64,000 nucleotides of DNA from contig JAIORZ010000002.1 in the NCBI GenBank assembly GCA_021107855.1, positions 64,148-128,147 on the forward strand, written 5' to 3'. Of the stretch, positions 1 to 9,036 are shown in pieces. Position 1 is the first letter of the stretch. Every line of letters starts with the position of its first letter. The position numbers and the translations under genes were made by a program. The notes beneath the pieces were generated by a model that made no database searches, was not told where the DNA came from, and was given only the letters and a program-made list of their open reading frames with translations. Source of the stretch: an archaeon (lineage in GTDB: Archaea > Nanobdellota > Nanobdellia > Pacearchaeales > GW2011-AR1).

Positions 1-1897
1 GATAATCTGAACACGGCTTCCATGGGTCTCCGTTACACTTCTCACAATCGGCACCACCAGCAGGAGGAGTCCACGGACTACAAGTGAAATAGACATATTT
101 TTCTTTTACATCTTTGAACACATACCACCCAATAGGGTCTAAAATTGCTGCAAGAGTTTTACCTATACCAAGCTCGAGAAAAAGTGAATATGATGTCGCC
201 CGCATAAGATAATCACCCCACCCCGATGCCGCATCAGGATTTGCCATACCCGTATCCTCCCACCTATCCTTATCTGCTCCTTGTAGCACATTCAAATACG
301 TCCCAGTTCCCCCCAAAGAATAATTATCCGGACTAATATAGTCCCCCTCAACAACTGTCGTTTTCGATTTATATGCAGCAATCAAAGCAGCAGAAAGAGT
401 CTTAATTGGAAGACTCCTCTTATAGCCTCCAGTGACACTAAATCCCCCATCACTCCACCCCTCCTCAATATTCACATACGAACCACAATCCCCAAGACTC
501 CTACAAAAATCATGCATCTGGTCAGTAAAAGTCTGCTCTGCACAATCACAATTCTGAACACATTCCCACTTAAGTTTATGATTTTTTTTGAAAAGCATAA
601 GACAATCCTGACTAGCTATATCACAAGTAGTACTCGCAGCAGCCGCCGCTTCCGTATCATTCCAGTCAAACCCAGGCGGATACTCCGGCACACACACATC
701 AAATTCAAAGTAATCAACATCAACTTCCAATTCAAAACAATCACGAACACTATCACAACTCTCCCCACTACTCCCCGTATTCAAAGCAAGACACGCCGCC
801 CAACTATTATCAATACAAAGAGAACTTTTAAAACTCACATTAGTCCCATTCACCTCATAATTATTTGTTTGCACACATATCTCCCTCCTCGAATCCGCAC
901 AAGGCTCAACCAACACAGTCCCCTGCGAACAGACATATCTCCAATGCCTCGACCCAACAATATCATAACCATCCCCAATAGTCCCATCATAAACACACCA
1001 AGACTCTCCATTCTCATAACTTTCTCCTTCAAACACACACGCCGTATCCCGACAATAAAAATCCCCAATATCAACATTAAAATTATCCTCACTAGCAGAG
1101 GCACAAATTCCACCATCAAACCGATTACAATTCCCACAACTTGCACTATTAGCGTTCCCATTTGCATCACCATCCCCACAAATCTCTCCAGTCCCCACAA
1201 TAATCCTATTCCAATAACTCGCATCATCAACCCTCCCCGCATCATAAATATTCGCAATATTCCCACACGAATCAACAAAATAAACCCCATCTTTTCCGTC
1301 CACACACTGCGTCTGCCTCGTCATATTGCAACTCGTATTAAGCTCAAAAGAAGTGCAAAGATAGTCCTCAGCAAAATCTCCACCATAAGAATAGCAATCA
1401 GCCTCACTAGTAAATTTACAAGCCCCACCCTCCAAAACACAAGCTCCTTCCTTTTGCACACCAGCCAAAAGCAAACACTCCACCAAATTAAGGTCTCCTC
1501 TCCAATCAACATCCATTCCAGCCGCCAAACTATCTACCTCGCACTGCCCTACTGTCTCAAAAATACTAGTATCCCCCAAAACACAACACCCGAGATTAGC
1601 TCCAATCAAATTACAATACGGGTCATTGATCCAATCCATCGAACAACTTCCCTGTAAAACATTCTTATCATATATCCCACTAGAATCATCATAACAACAA
1701 CCCCTCTCACAAGAGGCGGTCTGATTACATTCCACTCCCTCGGCAAAAAGCGAGCCCTCAGCACAACCATCAATATCCGAAATCACACAATTATCCCCAT
1801 TAACACTCAAAAAACAACATCCCTCCCCAACACCCAACGCCAACACAAACGAAGCCATTAACACAAACCCAATCACTATTCCTATTTTTTTATTCAT
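1..1897 (-). CDS. Large Cys-rich secreted surface protein, paralogue of 2681..6349 (N-terminal ~632 aa; C-terminus beyond window start)
   Basis: The frame is open on the - strand from ATG 1897..1895 (MNKKIGIVIGFVLMASFVLALG, signal-like) to the window edge. It is missing from the ORF track only because no stop lies in the window. Hand translation of 1..540 gives ...FCRSLGDCGSYVNIEEGW...GGADCEKCNGDPWKPCSDY, collinear with CRGLGDCGGSVNIVGEY...GGADCEKCNDDPLKPCSEY of 2681..6349. Antisense track ORFs 512..1657 and 4946..5704 are near-identical over long runs, which confirms nucleotide-level paralogy. Confidence 0.8.
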   Translation of the reverse strand, partial: MNKKIGIVIGFVLMASFVLALGVGEGCCFLSVNGDNCVISDIDGCAEGSLFAEGVECNQTASCERGCCYDDSSGIYDKNVLQGSCSMDWINDPYCNLIGANLGCCVLGDTSIFETVGQCEVDSLAAGMDVDWRGDLNLVECLLLAGVQKEGACVLEGGACKFTSEADCYSYGGDFAEDYLCTSFELNTSCNMTRQTQCVDGKDGVYFVDSCGNIANIYDAGRVDDASYWNRIIVGTGEICGDGDANGNANSASCGNCNRFDGGICASASEDNFNVDIGDFYCRDTACVFEGESYENGESWCVYDGTIGDGYDIVGSRHWRYVCSQGTVLVEPCADSRREICVQTNNYEVNGTNVSFKSSLCIDNSWAACLALNTGSSGESCDSVRDCFELEVDVDYFEFDVCVPEYPPGFDWNDTEAAAAASTTCDIASQDCLMLFKKNHKLKWECVQNCDCAEQTFTDQMHDFCRSLGDCGSYVNIEEGWSDGGFSVTGGYKRSLPIKTLSAALIAAYKSKTTVVEGDYISPDNYSLGGTGTYLNVLQGADKDRWEDTGMANPDAASGWGDYLMRATSYSLFLELGIGKTLAAILDPIGWYVFKDVKEKYVYFTCSPWTPPAGGADCEKCNGDPWKPCSDY

Positions 1898-1899
1898 GT

Positions 1900-2643
1900 C
1901 TACCATTCAAACGCACAACTCCTCACAGCAAATTTAAACTCGCTTCCACTTCTACGGTCAATCACACTATAAATCTTACTATAATCATAATCGGCTCGCT
2001 GAATTTCATACTCAGGATAAACAAACGAATAAGTATCATAATTAAAATGGCAATATTCAGTTTCCCCATTCACAATCTCCCTCACCACCCTAACCAAATC
2101 ATAAATCGGCGACATAATCTCAACCCCGAAATCTTCAAAACTCCTCGTCCCTGTCTCTCCCGAAAGCTCAACACTCTTCTTCAAATTAACCGCAACATGC
2201 CCAGGCAATAAATCAACAGAATAACTCATCGCGCCCTCATCAACATCAAAACCCTCATCCTCAAAACTCTCCCTCATCTTATCAAAACAATCCCCTAACT
2301 CATCTTCTATATCCTCCTCTATCTCTCTCTCAATCTGTAACTCCAACAACGGATGGATATTATAACAAGGATAATAAGACTCATTAATATAACACAAATA
2401 ATTCCACTCTTCCCCTTTGTACAAAATTGTCTTCGACGCCTCTATCTCGCCACCATTCAACAATATCTTATCAATCGACTCCTCCACAGCCTCACGAACA
2501 CAAACCTTAACAAATTCTTGCGGGCTCAAATCACTAGGACTCAAAAATCCACCTTCCCCTTCCGTCAGAAAGAAAAATCCCAAAACAGAAGCAACAAGTA
2601 GAATACCCACTATAATAAAAATCGTCACCTGCCCTCTTTTCAT
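1900..2643 (-). CDS. Pilin-like protein with candidate class III (prepilin-type) signal peptide; paralogue of 6353..7123
   Basis: Track ORF 1900..2865 is trimmed to the internal ATG 2643..2641 (MKRGQVTIFIIVGILLVASVLGFFFL) because the longer version overlaps the end of 2681..6349. KRG-Q followed by ~20 hydrophobic residues resembles archaeal prepilin signals. The rest aligns with 6353..7123 (ILYKGEEWNYLCYI / ILYEGEEWNYLCYQ; FKFAVRSCAF / FRFAVRSCAF). Confidence 0.7.
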   Translation of the reverse strand: MKRGQVTIFIIVGILLVASVLGFFFLTEGEGGFLSPSDLSPQEFVKVCVREAVEESIDKILLNGGEIEASKTILYKGEEWNYLCYINESYYPCYNIHPLLELQIEREIEEDIEDELGDCFDKMRESFEDEGFDVDEGAMSYSVDLLPGHVAVNLKKSVELSGETGTRSFEDFGVEIMSPIYDLVRVVREIVNGETEYCHFNYDTYSFVYPEYEIQRADYDYSKIYSVIDRRSGSEFKFAVRSCAFEW

Positions 2644-2680
2644 CTTAATACCAACATTTTCATATTTATAAATCCCATCA

Positions 2681-5600
2681 TTATGTCGCCACCAGCTCGA
2701 CCAAGCATCCACTCGGCACATTTCCATGAACATCTTTACATCGAATAAAATATTTCTTTCCCTTAACAACCCCAAATTCAAATTCCTTACCCTCCCCAAT
2801 CGAAACACCCTCATCCCAAACAAACTTACATCCGTCAAGCGAATATTTACACTCCGCTCCCTCATTCAAAATCAAATTCACAAAACTTTGGTCCTGCCAA
2901 ATACGACTAACCTGAGGAATCGAGCTATCATGAATAATTTCAAACTCAGTAACACCCCTAGCAAAATCCCCAGTCTCATCCTCGCACTCAACAAAAATCT
3001 CATTCCTTCCGGCTGGACGATTAAAAATCTGCGTATGCATTCTATTTCCTCCCGTCTCAAACAACTCAATCATATTCTCATAACCCGAAAACGAATACGA
3101 ACAAAAATGCTCTTCTCCTCCACCAGAAGTCGCAATCCTCAATTCAACCGTCGTCATATCAGTACTCGTCTGAAAATCAGTCCCCGGCTCAACACTATCA
3201 ATCACAATCACACTCTCCGGCCTCCGAACCTCATAAACAAAACTCCTCAGATTAAAATTACGCTCACTATCATTCAACCACGGCTGGTCCCCACATCTAA
3301 TATAATAAGTATAATTCTGCCTCTGCTCCCCCAACAACAAAGTACTATTACAAACATAACCTAAAACATCCGACGGAGCACCGAAAGAATCCCCACAATA
3401 CATCTCATTCTCCATCTCCGAATGTATAATATCTCTCTCACTCCACCAACAAGTCGCCAACTCATTTGTCACAATCTCCAACTCAACCTCTCCAACAACA
3501 ACCCCAACCAACTCATCATTCTTAGGCGTCGTCTTAACAACCCTTGGCGCACTAATATCCTCACCCTCATTCACACACATCTCAATCTCATAAAATCCAT
3601 CATTCAATATTCCATAAACATCCTGACACCTCACAAACAAACTCAAATCCCCAGTCCAATTATAACCCTGACTCTGCCCGTGACTCGGATCCGGCAAACT
3701 AAAAACCGTCGTATGGTTTATCAGATAAGCATTTCCCCCCAAATCCTGACCCAAACTCTCAAAATCCGTCGCCTCAAAATCAAACTTACAATGCGCCAAC
3801 TCACTCGTCACGACACCAAACATCAAAGGAGTATAAGCATCAATACAGCCTCCCCCACTAGGATTCAAACTAAACCCAGAACTACTGACATCATCATAAA
3901 TAATCCCATCCGAAATCACATCATACTGCGGACTAAGCACAGGCGCCTTCCCATCATCCTCCATAGCACCACACAACTCATTATCAGTCCCAACATTCAT
4001 CAATTCACATGCCGCCCCCAAACTCTCGCACCGGTATTCCGAGCACGGCTTCAGCGGGTCATCATTACACTTCTCACAATCAGCTCCCCCAACAGGCGCC
4101 TCCCATGCCTTACATTCAAACTCAATCTCAATATCATCACAATCACCTGCCCCAAAAAGACTACCAAGAATCATTAATATTACACCTATTATAATTATAG
4201 CCCATCCAACTGGTCCTATCGAAGCAAGACCAGCCCCCAATCCATACCATCCAACAACCGCCCCAATCAAAGCTCCCCCAACTGCCATCAACATGGTCCC
4301 ACCCGGACTCAATTCTAAATAATTCGCCAACATAGTCCCTACAAGCATTCCAATAGAAGCACCCATAGCAGCACCACCAAAAGCACTCAGCCCGGGACTA
4401 CTTCCCAAAAGACCTCCTTCAATAACAGTCATCCCCAAAACCGAACCAGACGTAAGAAAGCTTATCGCCATCGAAACCCCACTCAAACCACTCGCAAAAT
4501 CTTGCATCTTATCCCCAGTATCATCAGCACTCGCATTCAATGACGTCGATGGTCCCCAAATCCCAGCCGCTTCCAAAAACACCGAATAATTTTCAACTTC
4601 CGCAAACTGCCCCGGAACAGGTTTCGCCAAATCTTTCAACTTATCAACCCAACTAGAAGAAAGAAAGAGACTACTATCCGTTACGCCATCCTTAGTAACA
4701 TCATAATTTTCACTATACTCCCCCACAATATTAACCGACCCACCACAATCCCCAAGTCCCCTACAAAAATCATTCATCTCCTCCGCAAAAACACTAGTCA
4801 AACAATCCTCATTCGCAACATATTCACACCCTCTTCCCCATTTCTCACCCTCTCTCACAACCGTGCATGTTTGAGTCCCCATCCCACAAAGTTTCGACGC
4901 CGTAGTCATAGACCTCTCCTCACTTAAACTAAATCCCGCCGGATATTGTGGCAAACAAATATCAAACTCAAAGTAATCCGCAACATCAACCGTCTCAATC
5001 CTACAATTCAACGCACTCTCACAAGCCGTCGTTCCATCTTCCTCGCTATTCAAATTAATACACTCTCTCCAATTATTTGCCACACACGCAGAATCCCGAA
5101 AAGGAACACTCTTTCCATTAACATCAAACTCATCAGCCTGAATACAAATCTGATTTCTATAATCCGCACAAGGCTCAACCACCACAACTCCCTGCGAACA
5201 GACATATCTCCAGTGCCTCGACCCTACAACATCATTCCCTTCCCCAATTGCCCCATCATAAACACACCAAGACTCCCCATTCCTATAGCTCTCTCCCTTA
5301 AAAAGACACGAAGTATCCCTACAATAAAAATCCCCAATATCAACATTAAAATTATCCTCATCAGCCGAACTACAAATACTCCCCGCAAATCGATTACAAT
5401 TTCCACATTCTTCGGAATTCGCATTCCCACCGTCTATATCTCTACTCCCACAAAGGTCTTCCAACTCAGCGACCCTATCCCAATAATCCACATCATCAAC
5501 TTTCCACACATTATAAATATTCGCAGGGTTCCCACAAGAATCAACAAAATAAACCCCATCTTTCCCATCCACACATTGCGTCTGCCTCGTCATCTCACAA

Positions 5601-6349
5601 CTCGTATTAAGCTCAGGAGAGGTGCAAAGATAATCTTCAAAAAAATCTCCACCATAATTATGACAACTCTCCCCTGTCACAAACTTACAAGCTCCACCCT
5701 CTAAAACACAAGCCCCTTCCTTTTGCTCCGTCGCTAAAAGAAAACACCCTGCCTCATTTACATCCTTCCTCCAATCCACACCACCACTATCCCCAAGCGC
5801 CAAAACAAAACTATCAACCTGACACTGCCCCTCGGTCTCATAACTGGTTTCTGCTCCTAAAATACAACAACCCAGAGCGGCACCAGGCAGATTACAATTC
5901 GGATCCTTAACCCACTCCGTCAAACAATCAACCGACAGAACATTCCTATCATAAATCCCAGATGCTTCATCATAACAACATCCCTTCCGACAAAACGCAG
6001 TATCCTTACAAAGCAATCCCTCGGCAAAAGGAGAATCCGCAACACAATTATCAGGAGCGGACGTGCCACACCTTTGCTCATCTTTAGAAATAAAACAACA
6101 ACCAAATCCCTCAGCGAGTGAAGAAATCTCATAAGTTGTCCGCGTCTCATTCCTAAACAAATGACTTCTCTGTGTCCTATTCCACCACTCCTCAAAACTA
6201 AACTCCTCTTCCTCTTCCGCCGAGACCAATGAGAAAACCACATCACTTAAACCAATAAAATAACAAAACGCAAAAAGCGAAACCATCATCAGCATCATCT
6301 CTACACCAGCCACAACCTTTCTACTCCTCACCTTCTTTTTTGTTTCCAT
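2681..6349 (-). CDS. Giant (1222 aa) Cys-rich membrane-integrated surface protein, family not recognised
   Basis: The ORF has an N-terminal hydrophobic anchor (VVAGVEMMLMMVSLFAFCYFIGL). About 600 aa of very Cys-rich sequence follow (GCCYD, GCCILG, CGNCNRF). Four Gly-rich hydrophobic helices lie at nt ~4147..4493. Four ~90-110 aa modules then follow, each bracketed by conserved Cys (A.CK[FY] ... Y.[IV]RC.D..GN). Confidence 0.85.
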   Translation of the reverse strand: METKKKVRSRKVVAGVEMMLMMVSLFAFCYFIGLSDVVFSLVSAEEEEEFSFEEWWNRTQRSHLFRNETRTTYEISSLAEGFGCCFISKDEQRCGTSAPDNCVADSPFAEGLLCKDTAFCRKGCCYDEASGIYDRNVLSVDCLTEWVKDPNCNLPGAALGCCILGAETSYETEGQCQVDSFVLALGDSGGVDWRKDVNEAGCFLLATEQKEGACVLEGGACKFVTGESCHNYGGDFFEDYLCTSPELNTSCEMTRQTQCVDGKDGVYFVDSCGNPANIYNVWKVDDVDYWDRVAELEDLCGSRDIDGGNANSEECGNCNRFAGSICSSADEDNFNVDIGDFYCRDTSCLFKGESYRNGESWCVYDGAIGEGNDVVGSRHWRYVCSQGVVVVEPCADYRNQICIQADEFDVNGKSVPFRDSACVANNWRECINLNSEEDGTTACESALNCRIETVDVADYFEFDICLPQYPAGFSLSEERSMTTASKLCGMGTQTCTVVREGEKWGRGCEYVANEDCLTSVFAEEMNDFCRGLGDCGGSVNIVGEYSENYDVTKDGVTDSSLFLSSSWVDKLKDLAKPVPGQFAEVENYSVFLEAAGIWGPSTSLNASADDTGDKMQDFASGLSGVSMAISFLTSGSVLGMTVIEGGLLGSSPGLSAFGGAAMGASIGMLVGTMLANYLELSPGGTMLMAVGGALIGAVVGWYGLGAGLASIGPVGWAIIIIGVILMILGSLFGAGDCDDIEIEFECKAWEAPVGGADCEKCNDDPLKPCSEYRCESLGAACELMNVGTDNELCGAMEDDGKAPVLSPQYDVISDGIIYDDVSSSGFSLNPSGGGCIDAYTPLMFGVVTSELAHCKFDFEATDFESLGQDLGGNAYLINHTTVFSLPDPSHGQSQGYNWTGDLSLFVRCQDVYGILNDGFYEIEMCVNEGEDISAPRVVKTTPKNDELVGVVVGEVELEIVTNELATCWWSERDIIHSEMENEMYCGDSFGAPSDVLGYVCNSTLLLGEQRQNYTYYIRCGDQPWLNDSERNFNLRSFVYEVRRPESVIVIDSVEPGTDFQTSTDMTTVELRIATSGGGEEHFCSYSFSGYENMIELFETGGNRMHTQIFNRPAGRNEIFVECEDETGDFARGVTEFEIIHDSSIPQVSRIWQDQSFVNLILNEGAECKYSLDGCKFVWDEGVSIGEGKEFEFGVVKGKKYFIRCKDVHGNVPSGCLVELVAT

Positions 6350-6352
6350 ATT

Positions 6353-7123
6353 TTAAATCCCCGGCGCGAACGCACAACTCCTCACAGCAAACCGAAACTC
6401 GTCTCCACTCCTCCTATCAATCAACCGATAAATCTTACTGCCCGAATAATCAATTCTTCTAATATCATACCTAGGATACAAAAGCATATACCCATTATAC
6501 TCAAAATTACAAAACTGCGACTCACTGTTCACAACATCCCGAGCCACACTAACCAAATCATAAATCGGCGACACAACTTCAATCCCAAAATCCTTAGAAC
6601 TCTGAGTCCCCATATCCCCAGAAATATCAACCTGCCTCGACAAATCAACCTTAACATACCCAGGCAACAAATCAACAGAAAAACTCATCACACCAATCTC
6701 AACATCAAAACCCTCATCCCTAAAACTCTCCCTCATCCTATCAAAACAACTCTCTACCCCACCCGATATATCCTCCTTAATCTCGCTCTCAATTCTCAAT
6801 TCCAACATCGGATGAATATTATAACATCCCTGATAAAAATCCGCCTGATAACACAAATAATTCCACTCTTCCCCCTCATACAAAATGGCCTGCGATGGCA
6901 CCGCCTCACCACCATTCCTCATCATCTTATCAACCGAATCCTTAACCAAATCAGAAACACATCCCCTAACAATAGTCCGCGGGTCCAAATTATCAGCCCT
7001 ATCAACACCAGTCTCTCCCAAAAGCAAAAACGACAAAAGAATCATAGCTACAATCACGATACTAACCATGAAAAAAATCGCCACCTGTCCTTTTGTTCCA
7101 ACACCCATTTTTTTATTTACCAT
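6353..7123 (-). CDS. Pilin-like protein with candidate class III signal peptide (256 aa)
   Basis: The N-terminus MVNKKMGVGTKGQVAIFFMVSIVIVAMILLSFLLL has a KG-Q motif plus a hydrophobic helix. It is a paralogue of 1900..2643. Its ATG shares one nucleotide with the stop of 7123..7824 (TAATG), which suggests translational coupling. Confidence 0.75.
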   Translation of the reverse strand: MVNKKMGVGTKGQVAIFFMVSIVIVAMILLSFLLLGETGVDRADNLDPRTIVRGCVSDLVKDSVDKMMRNGGEAVPSQAILYEGEEWNYLCYQADFYQGCYNIHPMLELRIESEIKEDISGGVESCFDRMRESFRDEGFDVEIGVMSFSVDLLPGYVKVDLSRQVDISGDMGTQSSKDFGIEVVSPIYDLVSVARDVVNSESQFCNFEYNGYMLLYPRYDIRRIDYSGSKIYRLIDRRSGDEFRFAVRSCAFAPGI

Positions 7124-7824
7124 TAATCGATTTCCACGTATAAATAATATACTACATTACCTCCAATACTTTCATTCCCATAATCTGGCACAATCATCTG
7201 AAAATCATAAATACCACCATCATAACCACCAACATCATCTTCAATCTCCGTAGCAAAAACAATATCAGTATCATCAAACAAAACAATTTCTTCAAAACTA
7301 GAATTCTGAGTAACATTATCAACATATGCATTTGAAGCAAAACAATCCCCAACGCCAACAGAAAAACTAGCGATAACATAAGTTTCAATATTTGTCCCGG
7401 AAAAAGTGGACGAGATATTATCACCTCCAGAATGTTGTAAGGCACTATCCTCACTATTAATCTGACTAGTATTAGCACAGCCAATATTCCCCCACTCAAT
7501 AGACCCAGAGCCACGAGTAGCGTAAACTTCCCCGCCAGTAGTGGAAGATGACCAATCATAAACCGTAGAACCCGTAGAATCATCCAAAGTAAATTTCCCA
7601 TTAACCCAACCAACAAAACCCTTCCAACGAGAATTCTGTGAAATCGAAGAGATATTCATTTTAGCAACATAAGCACCAGAAATATTGACCATCCAAGGAT
7701 TAGCAGCCCCAGCCCCAGTCTCGTTATACGTTATATTCAAAGAGCTAGGTCCGGTCGGAAGTCCAGCAACAATACCCAAAAATCCAACCAAAAAAATCAA
7801 AACAAATCCTATTTTAACATCCAT
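7123..7824 (-). CDS. Secreted/anchored protein rich in N-x-S/T sequons (233 aa), hypothetical
   Basis: The N-terminal signal or anchor is MDVKIGFVLIFLVGFLGIVAG. The protein carries about 10 N-glycosylation sequons. It is packed tightly between the wHTH gene and the pilin-like gene. Confidence 0.7.
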   Translation of the reverse strand: MDVKIGFVLIFLVGFLGIVAGLPTGPSSLNITYNETGAGAANPWMVNISGAYVAKMNISSISQNSRWKGFVGWVNGKFTLDDSTGSTVYDWSSSTTGGEVYATRGSGSIEWGNIGCANTSQINSEDSALQHSGGDNISSTFSGTNIETYVIASFSVGVGDCFASNAYVDNVTQNSSFEEIVLFDDTDIVFATEIEDDVGGYDGGIYDFQMIVPDYGNESIGGNVVYYLYVEID

Positions 7825-7994
7825 AAGTTCACCCCCGCTTTTTTAATTCTATCAACTTCCCCATCCAAAGCCAATTCCATCAGATGTTTCTCCGCAGTAT
7901 TCCAAGAAACACTAAACTTCTCCGCCACCTCGCTACTTGTCACAATTCTCTCTTTCTTAATCAAAGCAATAATCTTTTTACTATGTATCTTCAT
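7809..7994 (-). CDS. Small winged-helix/HTH DNA-binding protein (61 aa)
   Basis: Track ORF 7809..8096 is trimmed to ATG 7994..7992. The product MKIHSKKIIALIKKERIVTSSEVAEKFSVSWNTAEKHLMELALDGEVDRIKK... has a wHTH-like pattern. It overlaps the next gene by 16 nt. Confidence 0.55.
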   Translation of the reverse strand: MKIHSKKIIALIKKERIVTSSEVAEKFSVSWNTAEKHLMELALDGEVDRIKKAGVNLWMLK

Positions 7995-8110
7995 AATAAT
8001 ACACCTACTAATATACACACTAATACTCGCGCCAATACACTCATCAATATACCTATGAATATTCATATATAAATGTTCGCAAAATAAAAACTTCAAACTA
8101 TATACATCAA

Positions 8111-8149
8111 TTAATCGTTCTCAACCCTCGGAGTTAAGACAAAACCATA
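8111..8149 (-). pseudogene. Orphan fragment of a PCNA 3' end (YGFVLTPRVEND*)
   Basis: 8114..8146 matches the last codons of PCNA (9036..9068) at 29/33 nt. The fragment encodes ...YGFVLTPRVEND with its own TAA stop (8111..8113). No upstream ORF is attached. Confidence 0.7.
8115..8133. repeat. 19-nt perfect direct repeat core (copy 1) tcgttctcaaccctcggag
   Basis: The sequence is identical to 9037..9055. Confidence 0.9.
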
Positions 8150-9036
8150 AGAATCAACAACAAATTTAAGGACACGAACAACGGCACATCGTAGTTGTTA
8201 TTTCAAACCACTGCGAACCAAACCAAAAACCCCCACTACTCCAGCATTCTTCATGGTCAGCTGCCCCAGGCCAAAAACCAGTATAACTATTCACGCAACT
8301 ATGAGCGGTGCCAATCCCAATAGCATTTTCTCCCTTGCTTGCACAGAAATTAACACAAGTTCCCTCCCAATCATAATAATCATGATCTCCCGGAATACAA
8401 CAGCTCTTAGTTCCACTTACCGTCCTCGTCCTACCACAATTCGTCTGAACAACCGTATCCGTAGAACAAACACCATCCCTCGGAGGAGACCAAATAGTAT
8501 AAGCAAAATCCCCATCATCAATCGCCTTCTGCAAACTCTTCTCTCCATTAAAATCAACTAAAATATCATCTCCAACATGACCCAAATAATCGCTACCAGA
8601 ATAACCACCACTCCCCCCCCCTGATGAACAAAGCGATCCATCATTAATAGAATCTTGTAAACTCTTATCAAAACCATTAACATTAACAAAAAGCTCAGCT
8701 CCCCGATGTCCAATATCCACAGCACTCGTATACGTCCCCCCATTATAATCTATTCCAAACTGCCCCGAATTAATAGCACTCTGCAATTCCAATTCCTGCC
8801 CATTGATAAAAACAAAAACATCATCTCCTCCATGTCCAGGACTCGAAATACTTTGAGAATAACCAACAACCAAACCAACACTCAATAAAACAAAAACAAA
8901 AACAAACCTCACATTAACCATATTATTATTAAGAATAATTATTATTTAAATATTTCGAACTTTTTCCATTTTCCAAATCTAAAACTCAATTATAAAACCA
9001 TCAACAATCCCTAACCCAACCTCCGAACATACTCAG
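8134..9036 (-). mobile_element. Candidate integrated single-gene cassette (no integrase) bounded by the PCNA-end direct repeats
   Basis: The segment lies between the two copies of the 19-nt core. It holds only CDS 8166..8921, a TATA-like box (ATATTTAAATAA on the - strand, ~8943..8955) and the surrogate last codons of PCNA. Confidence 0.35.
8166..8921 (-). CDS. Secreted protein with three ~45-aa repeats and a Cys-rich C-terminal domain (251 aa)
   Basis: The signal peptide is MVNVRFVFVFVLLSVGLVVG. The three repeats read GHGGDDVFVFINGQELELQSAINSG / GHRGAELFVNVNGFDKSLQDSINDG / GHVGDDILVDFNGEKSLQKAIDDG. A C-terminal domain with ~12 Cys follows. Confidence 0.75.
   Translation of the reverse strand: MVNVRFVFVFVLLSVGLVVGYSQSISSPGHGGDDVFVFINGQELELQSAINSGQFGIDYNGGTYTSAVDIGHRGAELFVNVNGFDKSLQDSINDGSLCSSGGGSGGYSGSDYLGHVGDDILVDFNGEKSLQKAIDDGDFAYTIWSPPRDGVCSTDTVVQTNCGRTRTVSGTKSCCIPGDHDYYDWEGTCVNFCASKGENAIGIGTAHSCVNSYTGFWPGAADHEECWSSGGFWFGSQWFEITTTMCRCSCP

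Noticed and set aside
512-1657. A 381-aa + strand ORF, together with similar ones at 2726..3364, 3422..4177, 4946..5704, 18013..18573, 19903..20583, 20695..21207 and 22564..23259. All have low-complexity T/I/N/P/R/L-rich translations.
   Set aside because: They lie antisense to well-supported - strand genes. They exist only because the G-poor + strand almost lacks TAG/TGA stops. Their composition is that of a mirror frame, and 512..1657 and 4946..5704 resemble each other simply because the real - strand genes are paralogues.
1900-2865. N-terminally extended versions of several track ORFs (1900..2865, 7809..8096, 15507..16253, 23568..24083, 24046..24558, 36679..37281, 39923..40522, 40539..41318, 49029..49634, 54390..54914).
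   Set aside because: The extensions overlap the 3' end of the upstream gene or lack any signal-peptide logic. In each case an internal Met immediately precedes a clear signal or anchor sequence, or the conserved domain, and restores tight non-overlapping gene spacing.
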